From Candidatus Cloacimonadota bacterium (GTDB lineage Bacteria > Cloacimonadota > Cloacimonadia > Cloacimonadales > TCS61): a DNA stretch of 64,000 nucleotides. This document shows positions 1 to 10,069 of this stretch, one piece after another (positions within the stretch are counted from its first letter, which is position 1; each line of letters starts with the position of its first letter). The notes under the pieces are model-generated. The model was not told where the DNA came from. It did no database searches and was given only the letters and a program-made list of their open reading frames with translations. The position numbers and the translations under genes were made by a program. The DNA lies in the NCBI GenBank assembly GCA_021157525.1, contig JAGGWK010000060.1, forward strand, positions 11,293 to 75,292, read 5' to 3'.

Positions 1-907
1 GCTCCGTCAGGAAGGCTCCATCGAAGAGGTGCTCAGTTACCTTGCAGAAGCTCACGTTACCTTTGAAAAAGACGATGCAATCTGGTTTCAATCTACCAAA
101 TATGGCGATGAAAAAGACCGGGTTCTGATGAAAGCCGACGGCACAATCACCTATTTTGTTCCCGATCTTGCCTACCATCTTACCAAATATCAACGGGGCT
201 TCGACATCATCATAGACGTTTTGGGCCCAGACCATCATGGTTACGTACCCCGTCTTCGGGCTGGCATCGAGAGCCTGGGATACGATGTCAATAAGCTGGA
301 AGTGGTCTATTTGCAGCACATCAACCTCTATCAGGATGGTGAGCTGGTGAAGATGTCTAAACGGGCCGGCCGTATAGTGAGCATGGACGACCTCTTCTTT
401 GAGGTAGGCAAGGATGCAGCCCGCTATTTCTTCCTGGATCGCAAACCCAGCGCACATCTCAATTTCGACATGGAACTGGCGAAAAAGCAATCTGCAGAAA
501 ACCCGGTATTTTATGTTCAATACGCACACGCACGCATCAACAGCATCCAGAGAAAAGCGAAAAAAGCCAAAATCTCGTTGAAAAATTTCGATGAGAAAGC
601 ACTACGAAAACTGGATAAGCCCGAAGAACTGGCTTTGATAAAAAAGATGTTGCAACTGCCGGAATTATTAAAATCCATAGCCGACACCCGGGAGCCTCAC
701 CGCCTTTGCACGTACGTTCATGACCTTGCGGGAATGTTGCACAAATATTATGCCCGCTATAAAATAGTAGATGAAAACCACATAGCCCTTTCTGAAGCCC
801 GGCTTTTCCTGCTGGTTTCGGTTAAAGGGGTAATTCGCCTCGTGCTGGGTTTATTGGGTATTTCGGCTCCGGAAAAAATGAAAAAGACCAAGAAAAAGCA
901 GGCATGA
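1..907 (+). CDS. argS: arginyl-tRNA synthetase, C-terminal part (5' end lies outside the window)
   Basis: The ORF is open to the left edge (frame of nt 2; the listed M at 29 is an internal GTG). It has GPDHHGY, an MSKRAG KMSKS-type loop, and a C-terminal helical DALR-type anticodon-binding region. Confidence 0.9.
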   Translation, partial: LRQEGSIEEVLSYLAEAHVTFEKDDAIWFQSTKYGDEKDRVLMKADGTITYFVPDLAYHLTKYQRGFDIIIDVLGPDHHGYVPRLRAGIESLGYDVNKLEVVYLQHINLYQDGELVKMSKRAGRIVSMDDLFFEVGKDAARYFFLDRKPSAHLNFDMELAKKQSAENPVFYVQYAHARINSIQRKAKKAKISLKNFDEKALRKLDKPEELALIKKMLQLPELLKSIADTREPHRLCTYVHDLAGMLHKYYARYKIVDENHIALSEARLFLLVSVKGVIRLVLGLLGISAPEKMKKTKKKQA

Positions 908-1416
908 GTAAGATAGTCATTATCTCTGATACCCATGGCAATCAGGCATTTCTACGGCAGGTTCTCAGCCGGGAAATGCCCTATACTCATCTTTTTCATC
1001 TGGGAGACAATTTTGGCGACCTGGATACCAATCCCGACTTACTGGAGGGCGTTACCTACGCCCACGTGCCGGGAATTTACCACCCGGGATATCGAAATCA
1101 TACCATCTCTCCCACCCTCAATGTAACAGTGGAGGGATGGCATTTTACGCTGGTTCACGCTATCCAAGATGCCAGAAAACTTCCGGTATCCTGCGATTTT
1201 ATCTGTTTTGGCCACACTCATAAGTGGTTTTTTAAACAGGAAGATAGCCACTATCTTCTCAATCCGGGACACCTAAAAGAGAGAATTAATCGTAACCAAA
1301 TGGCCTCATACTGCATTATTGTGGTAAGTGCGATGCAGGCCGACGTCACCTTTTACGGTCTCGACGGCAAAGCAATACATCATGATTGCATAGTAAAGAA
1401 CAGGGAGGAAGCATGA
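904..1416 (+). CDS. metallophosphoesterase (YfcE/MJ0936-like phosphodiesterase)
   Basis: It carries the DTHGN, LGDNFGD and GHTH motifs of calcineurin-like phosphoesterases. It overlaps the argS stop by 4 nt. Confidence 0.8.
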   Translation: MSKIVIISDTHGNQAFLRQVLSREMPYTHLFHLGDNFGDLDTNPDLLEGVTYAHVPGIYHPGYRNHTISPTLNVTVEGWHFTLVHAIQDARKLPVSCDFICFGHTHKWFFKQEDSHYLLNPGHLKERINRNQMASYCIIVVSAMQADVTFYGLDGKAIHHDCIVKNREEA

Positions 1417-2399
1417 CGATAGAAGAAATCAATCGGCGGGTAATGGAAAAAAGTCAACTGATCGACCGCATCGAAGAAGAAGTAAGCAGGGTCGTAGTAG
1501 GTCAGAGCTACATGATCAAACGGATGCTTATCGGGCTTTTGGCAGATGGGCACATCCTTCTGGAAGGGGTTCCCGGCCTGGCAAAAACCCTCGCCGTAAA
1601 CACTTTGGCGAATACAATAAAAGCCGATTTTAAGCGAGTGCAATTCACTCCAGACCTTTTGCCGGCCGACTTGGTAGGCACCTTGATATTTAATCAGAAA
1701 ACCGGGGAATTCGTCCCCAAAAAAGGGCCTCTTTTTGCTCACTTTGTGTTGGCTGATGAGATAAACCGCGCACCGGCCAAAGTACAAAGTGCTCTGCTGG
1801 AAGCCATGCAGGAACGGCAGATCACCATCAGTGAAACCACCTATCCTCTGCCAAAGCCCTTTTTGGTTATGGCCACCCAAAACCCTCTGGAGCAGGAAGG
1901 AACCTATCCGCTCCCCGAAGCTCAGGTGGATCGTTTCATGCTGAAACTTCTGATAAATTACCCCACCCGCCAAGAAGAAAAGCTCATCCTCACCCGCATG
2001 GTGCGAGATGAAAAGATCGAGGTTTCTCCAGTGCTCACACCTACAGACATCCTTGAACTGCGGGAGCTGGTAAAAGACATCTACATGGAGGACAAAATAA
2101 ATGAGTACATCCTGGATCTGGTATTTGCCACCCGCAATCCCGAAAACTACTCCAAACTGGCAGACCTGAAAAACCTCATCGAATGCGGCGCTTCGCCACG
2201 GGCCACCATCTACTTGGCTCGAGCAGCAAAAGCCCACGCCTTCCTGGATCATCGGGGCTACGTAACTCCCGACGACATCAAGGCCATCGGTAGAGATGTG
2301 CTGCGCCATCGACTGATTCTTTCCTACGAAGCGGAAGCTGAGCAAATCACCCAAGAAGATATCGTTAGCAGACTCTTTGACGAAATAGAAGTTCCCTAG
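1413..2399 (+). CDS. moxR: MoxR-family AAA+ ATPase
   Basis: Walker A is GVPGLAKT and Walker B is LADEINRA, and the gene is followed by DUF58 and vWA genes. I moved the start to ATG 1413 (GGGAGGAAGC RBS, ATGA overlap with the upstream stop). Confidence 0.9.
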   Translation: MTIEEINRRVMEKSQLIDRIEEEVSRVVVGQSYMIKRMLIGLLADGHILLEGVPGLAKTLAVNTLANTIKADFKRVQFTPDLLPADLVGTLIFNQKTGEFVPKKGPLFAHFVLADEINRAPAKVQSALLEAMQERQITISETTYPLPKPFLVMATQNPLEQEGTYPLPEAQVDRFMLKLLINYPTRQEEKLILTRMVRDEKIEVSPVLTPTDILELRELVKDIYMEDKINEYILDLVFATRNPENYSKLADLKNLIECGASPRATIYLARAAKAHAFLDHRGYVTPDDIKAIGRDVLRHRLILSYEAEAEQITQEDIVSRLFDEIEVP

Positions 2400-2415
2400 C
2401 CAAGGCGAGACAACT

Positions 2416-3297
2416 ATGGAAGCAACGGATATCATCAAACGAATCCGTAAAATCGAGATAACCACCCGGAACCTCGTGAATGAGCTGTTTTCCGGAGAAT
2501 ACCACAGCCTCTTTAAAGGTCAAGGTCTCGAGTTTTCGGAAGTTCGCGAATATCAGGATGGCGACAGCTATCGGCAAATAGACTGGAATGTGTCGGCCCG
2601 CATGGGCGCTCCCTATATCAAGAAATTTGAAGAAACTCGGGAGCTCAACGTCTTTTTCCTTATAGATACCAGCGCTTCAACACTCTTCGGCACCCGCCAC
2701 TATCTCAAGTCCGAGATGATCACTGAAATCGCCGGTGTCCTCTCCTTCTCTGCGCTGTCTAATAACGACAAAGTAGGGATGCTGCTCTTCACCGACCAGA
2801 TAGAGACCTACATTCCCCCTCGAAAAGGGAAAAAAGCTGCACTGCGTCTGTTGCGAGACATCCTCTATCATCAGCCAAAGGGCACCGGAACCGACATCAA
2901 CATGGCGGTGGAATACATTTACCGTCTCATCAAAAAGCGCAGCATAATCTTCGTGATCTCCGACTTTTTGGATAGCGATTATGAAAACAGCCTCAAGCTC
3001 TTGGCCAGGAAGCATGACGTCGTTGCCCTGCGGGTGATAGACAAAGCCGAAATGGAGCTTCCCAAAGCCGGTTTATTGCAATTCAGCGACCCTGAAACCG
3101 GAGAAAAACTCACCGTCAACACCTCATCAGAGAAGATTCGCACCCGTTACAGGGAATTGGCCCTCCAGCAACAAACCGCCCTGGAAGAGCGTTTCAAGCG
3201 CAACCAGATTGACCTGGTAACCATCCATACTGATGAATCTTATACCAAAGAACTGATGAAATTCTTTAAGTTACGCATAAAACGGAAAAACCGATGA
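2416..3297 (+). CDS. DUF58 domain protein (vWA-like), MoxR partner
   Basis: It has the IDWNVSARMG motif and a VFFLIDTSAS region typical of DUF58 proteins encoded directly after MoxR. Confidence 0.85.
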   Translation: MEATDIIKRIRKIEITTRNLVNELFSGEYHSLFKGQGLEFSEVREYQDGDSYRQIDWNVSARMGAPYIKKFEETRELNVFFLIDTSASTLFGTRHYLKSEMITEIAGVLSFSALSNNDKVGMLLFTDQIETYIPPRKGKKAALRLLRDILYHQPKGTGTDINMAVEYIYRLIKKRSIIFVISDFLDSDYENSLKLLARKHDVVALRVIDKAEMELPKAGLLQFSDPETGEKLTVNTSSEKIRTRYRELALQQQTALEERFKRNQIDLVTIHTDESYTKELMKFFKLRIKRKNR

Positions 3298-4208
3298 AGA
3301 AAATGATCATACTTCTCCTGCTTTTAGTTGGATGCATCCTGCTGGGAGCCCAGCAGATAGAATCTGAGCTGATCAAGCCCGATACCCTCTATGTGGGTAC
3401 ACCGATGCAACTCCTGGTATCGGTCACCTGTGCGCCGGGAGACAGCGTTTTGGTGCCTGAACCCGACGTGATGGACATCTTCGTCCCTACGGATGTGCAG
3501 GAAAACGAGCAGCTCACCGATACCGCCCAACTCACGCAGTTTCTCTACACCTTTCAACCCTTTGATGTGGGCACCTTTACCTTTCCCGCGCTCCCCTTTA
3601 CGGTGCAACATCAGGGCACCCTCACCGAGCTCAAGACCAAACCCTTTGATGTAACTATTTATTCTGTTCTGCCAGACAGCGCCGGAGCTATCCGGGATAT
3701 CGCACCTCCGGTGGCGGTGAAACTGGGCTGGCTGGATATCCTGCTTCCCTTCCTGCTCATTGCCCTCATCATCGCAGCAATTATTTTTATCAAGCGCAGG
3801 CGAGGCAGGGATACATCCGTGCCAAAATCCCCGGTGCCCGAAGATACCCGCCCGGCATGGCGTATCGCCCTGGAAATGCTCTACCGGTTGCAGGATAAAA
3901 AACTGCTTTTCAATGGTGAATTCCTCGCTTTTCACTTTGAGCTTTCCATGATCTTACGCTTTTTCCTGGAACGACAGTTTCACTTTAATGCCATGGAAAT
4001 GACGACGATGGAGATCAAAGAAAATCTGCCTATGAAAGATGTGCAAAAACGCCGGGATGTACTGGAAAAATTGCGCTGGTTTGATATGGTAAAATTTGCC
4101 AGATATGCGCCAACTATGGCCGACAGTGAAGATGCGATGGCCTGGGTAGAATCCTTTTTAAAATCCTATGGATCTACACCCAAAACCACGGAGGCGAAGG
4201 ATGCTTGA
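3294..4208 (+). CDS. Bat-operon membrane protein (DUF4381-like C-terminal region)
   Basis: It has a signal peptide and a central TM helix followed by KRRRGR. It sits between DUF58 and BatA and overlaps both neighbours. Confidence 0.6.
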   Translation: MKKMIILLLLLVGCILLGAQQIESELIKPDTLYVGTPMQLLVSVTCAPGDSVLVPEPDVMDIFVPTDVQENEQLTDTAQLTQFLYTFQPFDVGTFTFPALPFTVQHQGTLTELKTKPFDVTIYSVLPDSAGAIRDIAPPVAVKLGWLDILLPFLLIALIIAAIIFIKRRRGRDTSVPKSPVPEDTRPAWRIALEMLYRLQDKKLLFNGEFLAFHFELSMILRFFLERQFHFNAMEMTTMEIKENLPMKDVQKRRDVLEKLRWFDMVKFARYAPTMADSEDAMAWVESFLKSYGSTPKTTEAKDA

Positions 4209-5184
4209 GTATGTAAATCCTCAATGGTTCTGGGCGCTACTCCTTCTTATTCCGGTGATTTTGTATGAGATTTTTGTACGGCCAAACAAGCAGGTACACC
4301 TCAGCCATAGTCGCCTTGATTTGCTCAAACAGGCTGCGGGGTACAGTAACTTTTTGCGGTTTATCCCTCTGATTTTGCGGGTGTTGGCCATCCTGTTTCT
4401 GGTGATAGCTCTGGCACGTCCGCGGCTGGCACACAAGCAACAGCACATCACAGGCAAAGGCATCGATATCATGCTGGCCATCGATGTGAGCGGTAGTATG
4501 AAAGCCCTGGATTTCAAACCGGTAAATCGTCTGGAAGCAGCAAAAAAAGTGGCCAGAGATTTCATTGATAAACGGGTGAATGACCGCATCGGCTGCGTGA
4601 TTTTCGCGGAAAATGCCTTTACCCAGTGCCCCCTCACCATTGATTACAACATCCTCATGAACATCATGGATCACATCCAGATAAATGAAGAAGCCAACGG
4701 CACATCCATCGGGCTGGGGTTGGCAACGGCAGTGGCGCGGCTCAAAGATTCCCCGGCCAAAACCAAGATCATCATCCTGATAACCGATGGCCGCAACAAC
4801 TCCGGTGAGATAGATCCCTCCACAGCAGCCGATCTGGCTGTCGCCTACGGCATCAAGGTATATCCCATAGGTGTCGGAAGTCGCGGACTAGTGGATTTTC
4901 CGGTGCAAACCGCCTGGGGTATGCAAACCAAGCAAGTGCAGATAGACATCGACATGGATGCTTTGGATGCCATTGCCGAAGCAACCGGCACCAGGCACGC
5001 CCGACTGGCTACAAACACCGACGAATTGGAAGAGATCATCCAGACCATCGATAAGATGGAAAAGACCGAAATAAAGATAAAAAATTATTTCACCTACGAC
5101 GAGCTTTTCCCCCGCTATCTGCTGCTGGCCCTTATATTTCTGGCACTGGAGCTGGGATTCAGGCTCTTCATTTTAAAATATTAA
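4201..5184 (+). CDS. batA: vWA-domain membrane protein BatA
   Basis: It has N-terminal TM helices and a vWA domain with the MIDAS motif AIDVSGSM. I moved the start to ATG 4201 (MLEYVNPQWF...), which overlaps the upstream stop. Confidence 0.85.
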   Translation: MLEYVNPQWFWALLLLIPVILYEIFVRPNKQVHLSHSRLDLLKQAAGYSNFLRFIPLILRVLAILFLVIALARPRLAHKQQHITGKGIDIMLAIDVSGSMKALDFKPVNRLEAAKKVARDFIDKRVNDRIGCVIFAENAFTQCPLTIDYNILMNIMDHIQINEEANGTSIGLGLATAVARLKDSPAKTKIIILITDGRNNSGEIDPSTAADLAVAYGIKVYPIGVGSRGLVDFPVQTAWGMQTKQVQIDIDMDALDAIAEATGTRHARLATNTDELEEIIQTIDKMEKTEIKIKNYFTYDELFPRYLLLALIFLALELGFRLFILKY

Positions 5185-5194
5185 TGAGGCACAT

Positions 5195-6208
5195 ATGAGA
5201 TGGGAACATCCTTTATACCTGATTTTTCTGATAGCTATTCCACTCATGGGAGCTGTTGCTTCGGTTATCGCGCACCGACGCAAACAACGGATGAGCGCCT
5301 TTGCCGAAACCCGCTTTTATGATTTTTTCATGCAGGAATTTTCCGCTTTTCATTGGGGACTCAGAAACGTGGTCTTTTTCCTGGCTCTGGTGTTTTTGAT
5401 TATTGCCCTGGCCCAACCCCAATGGAATAAAGAAGTGCAGATCATGAAAAAGGAAGGCATCGACATCGTGGTTTGCGTGGACGTATCCAAAAGCATGGAT
5501 GCGCAAGACATCAAACCCAGCCGCATCGATCGCGCCAAAGACCAGATCAGCCGCTTCATTGATGGATTGCGGGGAGACCGGATCGCTATCGTGGCCTTTG
5601 CAGGACGCAGCTTCGTGCAGTGCCCTCTCACCGATGACTACGGCGCTGCCAAGCTTTTCCTCAGTTTACTGGACACCGAAACCGTAACATCCTACGGCAC
5701 GGATATCGGTGGCGCTCTGCGAACAGCGATGCCCCTATTTTCCGAAGCGGAAAAGCATAAGGTGATCATCGTGGTGAGTGATGGCGAAGATCTGGAGGAA
5801 AATGCTCTGAAAGTGACGGAAGAAAGCGTAAAACAGGGGGCTGTAATCTACACCCTGGGCGTAGGCACCCCTCAGGGTACCACCATCCCGATATTAGATA
5901 AACAAGGTAACACCGTCTATGCAAAAGACGATGATGGCAACATTGTATTCACCAAGCTGGATGTATCCACCCTCACTGATATCGCCCGCAAAGGGAACGG
6001 TCGATTCTACCCCATCACGCCACAGCAATCGGAGATTTTCGAAATCCTCAACACCATTAATCAGATAGAAAAGAAGAAATTCGACAGCAAAGAGTATCTG
6101 CGCTACAAAGAACAGTATGCCTGGTTCGCCGCTATCGCTTTGCTGATACTGTGCATCGAGTGGCTCATTGTTACCCGCCGCAAAACCACCTTGAGGAGAA
6201 CAGTATGA
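5195..6208 (+). CDS. batB: vWA-domain membrane protein BatB
   Basis: It has a vWA MIDAS motif (CVDVSKSM) and N- and C-terminal TM helices, and it directly follows batA. Confidence 0.85.
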   Translation: MRWEHPLYLIFLIAIPLMGAVASVIAHRRKQRMSAFAETRFYDFFMQEFSAFHWGLRNVVFFLALVFLIIALAQPQWNKEVQIMKKEGIDIVVCVDVSKSMDAQDIKPSRIDRAKDQISRFIDGLRGDRIAIVAFAGRSFVQCPLTDDYGAAKLFLSLLDTETVTSYGTDIGGALRTAMPLFSEAEKHKVIIVVSDGEDLEENALKVTEESVKQGAVIYTLGVGTPQGTTIPILDKQGNTVYAKDDDGNIVFTKLDVSTLTDIARKGNGRFYPITPQQSEIFEILNTINQIEKKKFDSKEYLRYKEQYAWFAAIALLILCIEWLIVTRRKTTLRRTV

Positions 6209-6948
6209 GACGCACAATTCTGGGGCTTATCTGCATCCTGCCTGCCTTACTGATGGCACAACCTATGCAATATGGCAAGGCTCTGAATAATCTCAAAGGC
6301 ATCCGGCACTACAAAAAAGGAGAGCTGGAGCCGGCGGAAAAAAACTTCAGTGAAAACGCCCTCACTCATCCCGATGACGGACGGCTGCACTTCAACCTGG
6401 GAAACGCCTATTACAAAGAGGGAAAATACGAACAAGCCGAAGCGGAATATCAGTTGGCCGCAAAAGACAAAAAATTCTCGGCGCAATCACAAATTCAGCA
6501 CAACTTGGGAAACGTAAAATATCAGCAGCAGGATTTCAAAACCGCCGTTGAACATTATCGCAATGCCCTCATCGCCGATCCAAACAACCGAGAAGCCCGT
6601 TACAACTATGAATTGGCAGCAAAAAACTTGCAGCGTCAGCAAAACCAGCAGCAACAGCAAAACGATGATAACAAAAATAAAGACGACAAGGAGAAACAAA
6701 AGCAACAGCAGCAATCTGACGACCAGCAAAAACAGGATAAAGAAAAACAGCAGAAACAGGAACAACAGAAGCAGGAACAACAACAGAAACAGGATGCTCA
6801 ACAAAAGCAGCAAAAACTGAAAAAAGACGAAGAGAAAAAAGATGCTGAGCAATTGCTGGAAGCTCTCTTGGCCAAAGAAAAAGAAGAGATGAAAGAAGAA
6901 AAGCGAAAGTTGAACGTTGACAAATCGAAATCCGGTAAATATTGGTAA
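6205..6948 (+). CDS. batC: TPR-repeat protein BatC with a Q/K/E/D-rich tail
   Basis: It has a signal peptide (MRRTILGLICILPALLMAQ), TPR repeats (GNAYYKEGKYEQAEAEY, GNVKYQQQDFKTAVEHY), and an ATGA overlap with the batB stop. Confidence 0.8.
   Translation: MRRTILGLICILPALLMAQPMQYGKALNNLKGIRHYKKGELEPAEKNFSENALTHPDDGRLHFNLGNAYYKEGKYEQAEAEYQLAAKDKKFSAQSQIQHNLGNVKYQQQDFKTAVEHYRNALIADPNNREARYNYELAAKNLQRQQNQQQQQNDDNKNKDDKEKQKQQQQSDDQQKQDKEKQQKQEQQKQEQQQKQDAQQKQQKLKKDEEKKDAEQLLEALLAKEKEEMKEEKRKLNVDKSKSGKYW
6640..6945 (+). repeat. low-complexity CAG/CAA/AAA/GAA-rich coding tract (poly-Q/K/E/D tail of BatC)
   Basis: The translation reads QQNQQQQQNDDNKNKDDKEKQKQQQQSDDQQKQDKEKQQKQEQQKQEQQQKQDAQQKQQKLKKDEEKK... 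The antisense strand gives a spurious L/F-rich ORF. Confidence 0.9.
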
Positions 6949-6977
6949 ATTCCTATAGAACGTGGATAGAGGAAATC

Positions 6978-8765
6978 ATGAAGCAACGAATCATCATTCT
7001 TTGGATACTGCTCCTTGCCTGCTCAGTAGCCTTTGGCGCCGAGCTGGAGGTACAGTCATACGTCGATCGCACCACTGTGGGTTTAGATGATTATCTGAAA
7101 TTCACCGTAGAAGTTACAGGATCTAAAGCGAACAAAGCTTCCATTCCCAGCCTCAGCGGTCTGAAGGGATTTCGGAATCTTGGCGCCTCCACATCGTCAT
7201 CATCCAGCTACTCGGTGGTAAATGGCAAAATGACATCCAGTGTTTCCGCCAGTACCACCTTCACATTACAACCTCTGGCTACGGGAGAGCAGATTTTACC
7301 GCCGGTGAGTGTGCAATTCAAAGGCAAAACCTACACCACCAAACCAATTCGCATCAAGGTAAAGGAAGGGAGCACAGAACCGGCTCCACCGGTTTCTCAG
7401 CAGATGCAGCAAAGGGGAAGCACCCATCAATCCTCGGATAAGTTAGCAGATAATATGTTCATTATCGCCGATGTTTCACAAAAATCGGTGTATAAATCTC
7501 AGCCCATCACGGTAGATTTTTACCTCTATACCAAGTATGATGTGCGCAATCTTTCTTTTGGTGAAGAGTCTTCTTACAGCGGTTTTTGGAAGGAAATCAC
7601 CTATACTCCCGACCATATTAATTTCCGCCGCACCACCTATGATGGCCAACTTTTCAATGTGATGCGGCTGCGCAGTATTACCCTGCTTCCCACCCGCAGT
7701 GGAGAACTATCCATTCCTCCTCTGGAGATGCTGATAGATGTAACCGTGCCAGCCCGCAGTTTCTTTGATTTTGGCTCCACCAAACGTTACACCATCCGCA
7801 GTAAAAAAATTCCTATAAAAGTGCGGGACATCCCTCTGGAAGGAAGACCGGAAAGCTACAGCGGCGCAGTGGGTTCGTTCACCATAAAAAGTGAAATCAG
7901 TGATACTCAAGTGAAATCCGGGGAATCCCTTACCTATACCATCACCATATCGGGTAGTGGAAATTTCAGCAATATCGAGCCGCCGGCTATGCCGGATGTT
8001 AATCATCTGCGCTTTGTTGAGCCGGAAATAACCAACGACGTTTCCAGCGGAGGCGTGAAGGGTAGCAAAGTCATCCGTTCTCTGGTGATTCCGGAAGAGC
8101 AGGGAACCTACACCATCCCAGCCCTGAGTTTTGCCTATTTCGATCCTCAGCAAAAAGCCTATAAAGTTCTCAAAACTGCTACTCACACCATCAATGTGGA
8201 CAAGGGTGAAACCCTCTACATCCCATCAGCCGGAGCTCAAAACGTGGTTCACATAGAAGGCGCAGACATCGGTTTTATTCAGATTCCCGACACGGTAACG
8301 TCTTTTCATCTTTACTTTGATGCAGCAGGATTCTGGCTCATCTGGCTTATTTTGGCTCTGTGCATTCCGGCAGCTGTGATCTTTGCAAAAGAGCAGGAAA
8401 AATTGCGTGGAAACCTGCATTATCAGCGGAAGCGCCTGGCTACACGCATCCTGAAGAAATACCTGAGACAGGCCACCGAATACGCACAAAACAAAGACAG
8501 AGCCTTTTACACCGCCGCTCAAACCGGACTTCTTACCTACCTTGCCGATGTGTTACACATAGCCCGCGGCAGTACCGCAGACGCAGTTTTGCTTGAGCTG
8601 AAAAGCCGTATCGATTCAGCAACGCTGTATCAGCGCACCAGTAGCATGATAGAGCGTTGCAACCAGGCGCGCTTCATGCCGGGAGGCTTTGCCAGCGAAA
8701 ACATCCCTCGGGATTTTGAATTGCTGAAGGAAATCATGGCCGACATCGCCAAACTGAAATTGTGA
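6978..8765 (+). CDS. batD: BatD-like oxygen-tolerance protein
   Basis: It has a signal peptide, a large extracytoplasmic region, a late TM (FWLIWLILALCIPAAVIF) and a cytoplasmic tail. Its position after batC fits BatD, and GAGGAAATC lies before ATG 6978. Confidence 0.8.
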   Translation: MKQRIIILWILLLACSVAFGAELEVQSYVDRTTVGLDDYLKFTVEVTGSKANKASIPSLSGLKGFRNLGASTSSSSSYSVVNGKMTSSVSASTTFTLQPLATGEQILPPVSVQFKGKTYTTKPIRIKVKEGSTEPAPPVSQQMQQRGSTHQSSDKLADNMFIIADVSQKSVYKSQPITVDFYLYTKYDVRNLSFGEESSYSGFWKEITYTPDHINFRRTTYDGQLFNVMRLRSITLLPTRSGELSIPPLEMLIDVTVPARSFFDFGSTKRYTIRSKKIPIKVRDIPLEGRPESYSGAVGSFTIKSEISDTQVKSGESLTYTITISGSGNFSNIEPPAMPDVNHLRFVEPEITNDVSSGGVKGSKVIRSLVIPEEQGTYTIPALSFAYFDPQQKAYKVLKTATHTINVDKGETLYIPSAGAQNVVHIEGADIGFIQIPDTVTSFHLYFDAAGFWLIWLILALCIPAAVIFAKEQEKLRGNLHYQRKRLATRILKKYLRQATEYAQNKDRAFYTAAQTGLLTYLADVLHIARGSTADAVLLELKSRIDSATLYQRTSSMIERCNQARFMPGGFASENIPRDFELLKEIMADIAKLKL

Positions 8766-8772
8766 GGAAATC

Positions 8773-9531
8773 ATGCGGAAATTAATGATCATCTTTACCC
8801 TGATACTCCCGCTTCTGGTGGGAGCCAACTCAACCATAGACACCGCTTTTCAGCGGGGTGTAACGGCCTACGAGAACCAGGAATATCAAGAGGCTCTGGA
8901 TATATTTTTACAGATTCAGGAGCAGGGCATCACCAATGCTGATGTGGCCTACAACATAGGTAACTGCTATTTTCGTCTGCAAAATATCGGCCTGGCAATT
9001 CTCTACTACAAGCGTGCCCTCCGCATCAATCCGGCCCACGGCCCTGCAGAGAAAAACCTCCGTTACGCCATGGAACTCACCGTGGATAAACAGCACCCCG
9101 CTACTGAGGATGCCTTCAGCAGCACCGTGTCGCGATCTTTCAATCGCATCCCGGCAAATGCCCTGGCTATCGCTGCGTTGATTCTTTTTGCGTTGATCGT
9201 TATCACCCTGTGCGCAATGATCATTTTTTGGCGGGGGCGTGAAAAATCGCTGCCCACCTTTATCCTCACCATCATCATCGTTTTCTGGATAATCGCTCTC
9301 TTTGGGGCCAATCTCAAGTGGCGGCAGTTTCATCATGATCCCACAGCGGTCATTATCGCTGACACAGTAATGGGCTATAGTGGCCCAAATGCAGAATACA
9401 CACGGGTTTTCACCATTCACGAAGGAATGATCTGCCAGATTGAACGGCAAGAAGAAGGCTGGAGTTTGATCAAATTGTCCAATGGTCTGGGAGGCTGGGT
9501 AGAGAACACAACATTTGCAAAGGTGCGTTAA
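8773..9531 (+). CDS. batE: BatE-like TPR / SH3b protein
   Basis: It has a signal peptide, TPR repeats, two TM helices and a C-terminal SH3b-like segment (EGWSLIKLSNGLGGWV). Confidence 0.75.
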   Translation: MRKLMIIFTLILPLLVGANSTIDTAFQRGVTAYENQEYQEALDIFLQIQEQGITNADVAYNIGNCYFRLQNIGLAILYYKRALRINPAHGPAEKNLRYAMELTVDKQHPATEDAFSSTVSRSFNRIPANALAIAALILFALIVITLCAMIIFWRGREKSLPTFILTIIIVFWIIALFGANLKWRQFHHDPTAVIIADTVMGYSGPNAEYTRVFTIHEGMICQIERQEEGWSLIKLSNGLGGWVENTTFAKVR

Positions 9532-9532
9532 T

Positions 9533-10069
9533 ATGAAAGAGATGCTCACGGTTCCAAATCTTTTGGGATTCGCCAGAATTTTGTTAGCTCCGGTCATTTT
9601 CTGGATGCTGATAACCGGAAATGATGCAACTTTTTATGTCATGGGAGCAGCTCTATTTACCGACCTTCTGGACGGCCTGCTGGCCCGGCTTTTGCACCAG
9701 ATCACCAACTTTGGCCGCATCCTCGATCCTATCGCCGATAGAATACTTTTCACCTTCGCTTTACTGGGTCTGTGCATCCGTTACAATTACACTGCGTGGC
9801 TGCTGTTCTTTAGCATCATCATTGTGCTCTACACCACGGTTTATATCGTGGTTCGCAAAGATCTCCAGCACTACGGCGTGCACCCAAATATGCTGGGGAA
9901 AGTCTGCGTGTTCCTCAATAGTTTCGTGTTGTGGGCTATGACTTGGGGGGTTTCATCCCAGTGGCTTTTAGCCCTTTTCACCCTGCTATTATTGATTCCC
10001 CAGTTCAATTATTTATTCATTTACCTTAAAATCAGACGGAATATCAATATTCGAAAAAAAGCTGATTAG
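9533..10069 (+). CDS. CDP-alcohol phosphatidyltransferase family protein
   Basis: It carries the DG(x2)AR(x8)G(x3)D(x3)D signature (DLLDGLLARLLHQITNFGRILDPIADR) and is polytopic. The start is ATG 9533, just after the batE stop. Confidence 0.8.
   Translation: MKEMLTVPNLLGFARILLAPVIFWMLITGNDATFYVMGAALFTDLLDGLLARLLHQITNFGRILDPIADRILFTFALLGLCIRYNYTAWLLFFSIIIVLYTTVYIVVRKDLQHYGVHPNMLGKVCVFLNSFVLWAMTWGVSSQWLLALFTLLLLIPQFNYLFIYLKIRRNINIRKKAD

Noticed and set aside
1380-2465. Long antisense or out-of-frame ORFs opposite real genes. Examples are 1380-2465(-), 11265-12278(+), 13802-14842(-), 17010-18419(-), 18804-20081(-), 20163-20882(-), 22405-23424(-), 26887-28079(-), 28281-28904(-), 38282-39175(+) and 61255-61920(+).
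   Set aside because: Each lies entirely within a confidently identified gene on the other strand or frame (moxR, asnS, gpmI, ileS, DUF1015, trpS, nadC/nadA, nadB, the OMP, folP). Their translations are low-complexity or motif-free and they lack RBSs. They are shadow ORFs.
6487-6852. A 121-aa L/F-rich ORF on the minus strand that looks like a multi-TM protein.
   Set aside because: It is the antisense reading of the CAG/AAG/GAA-rich BatC tail, so it is a compositional artefact.
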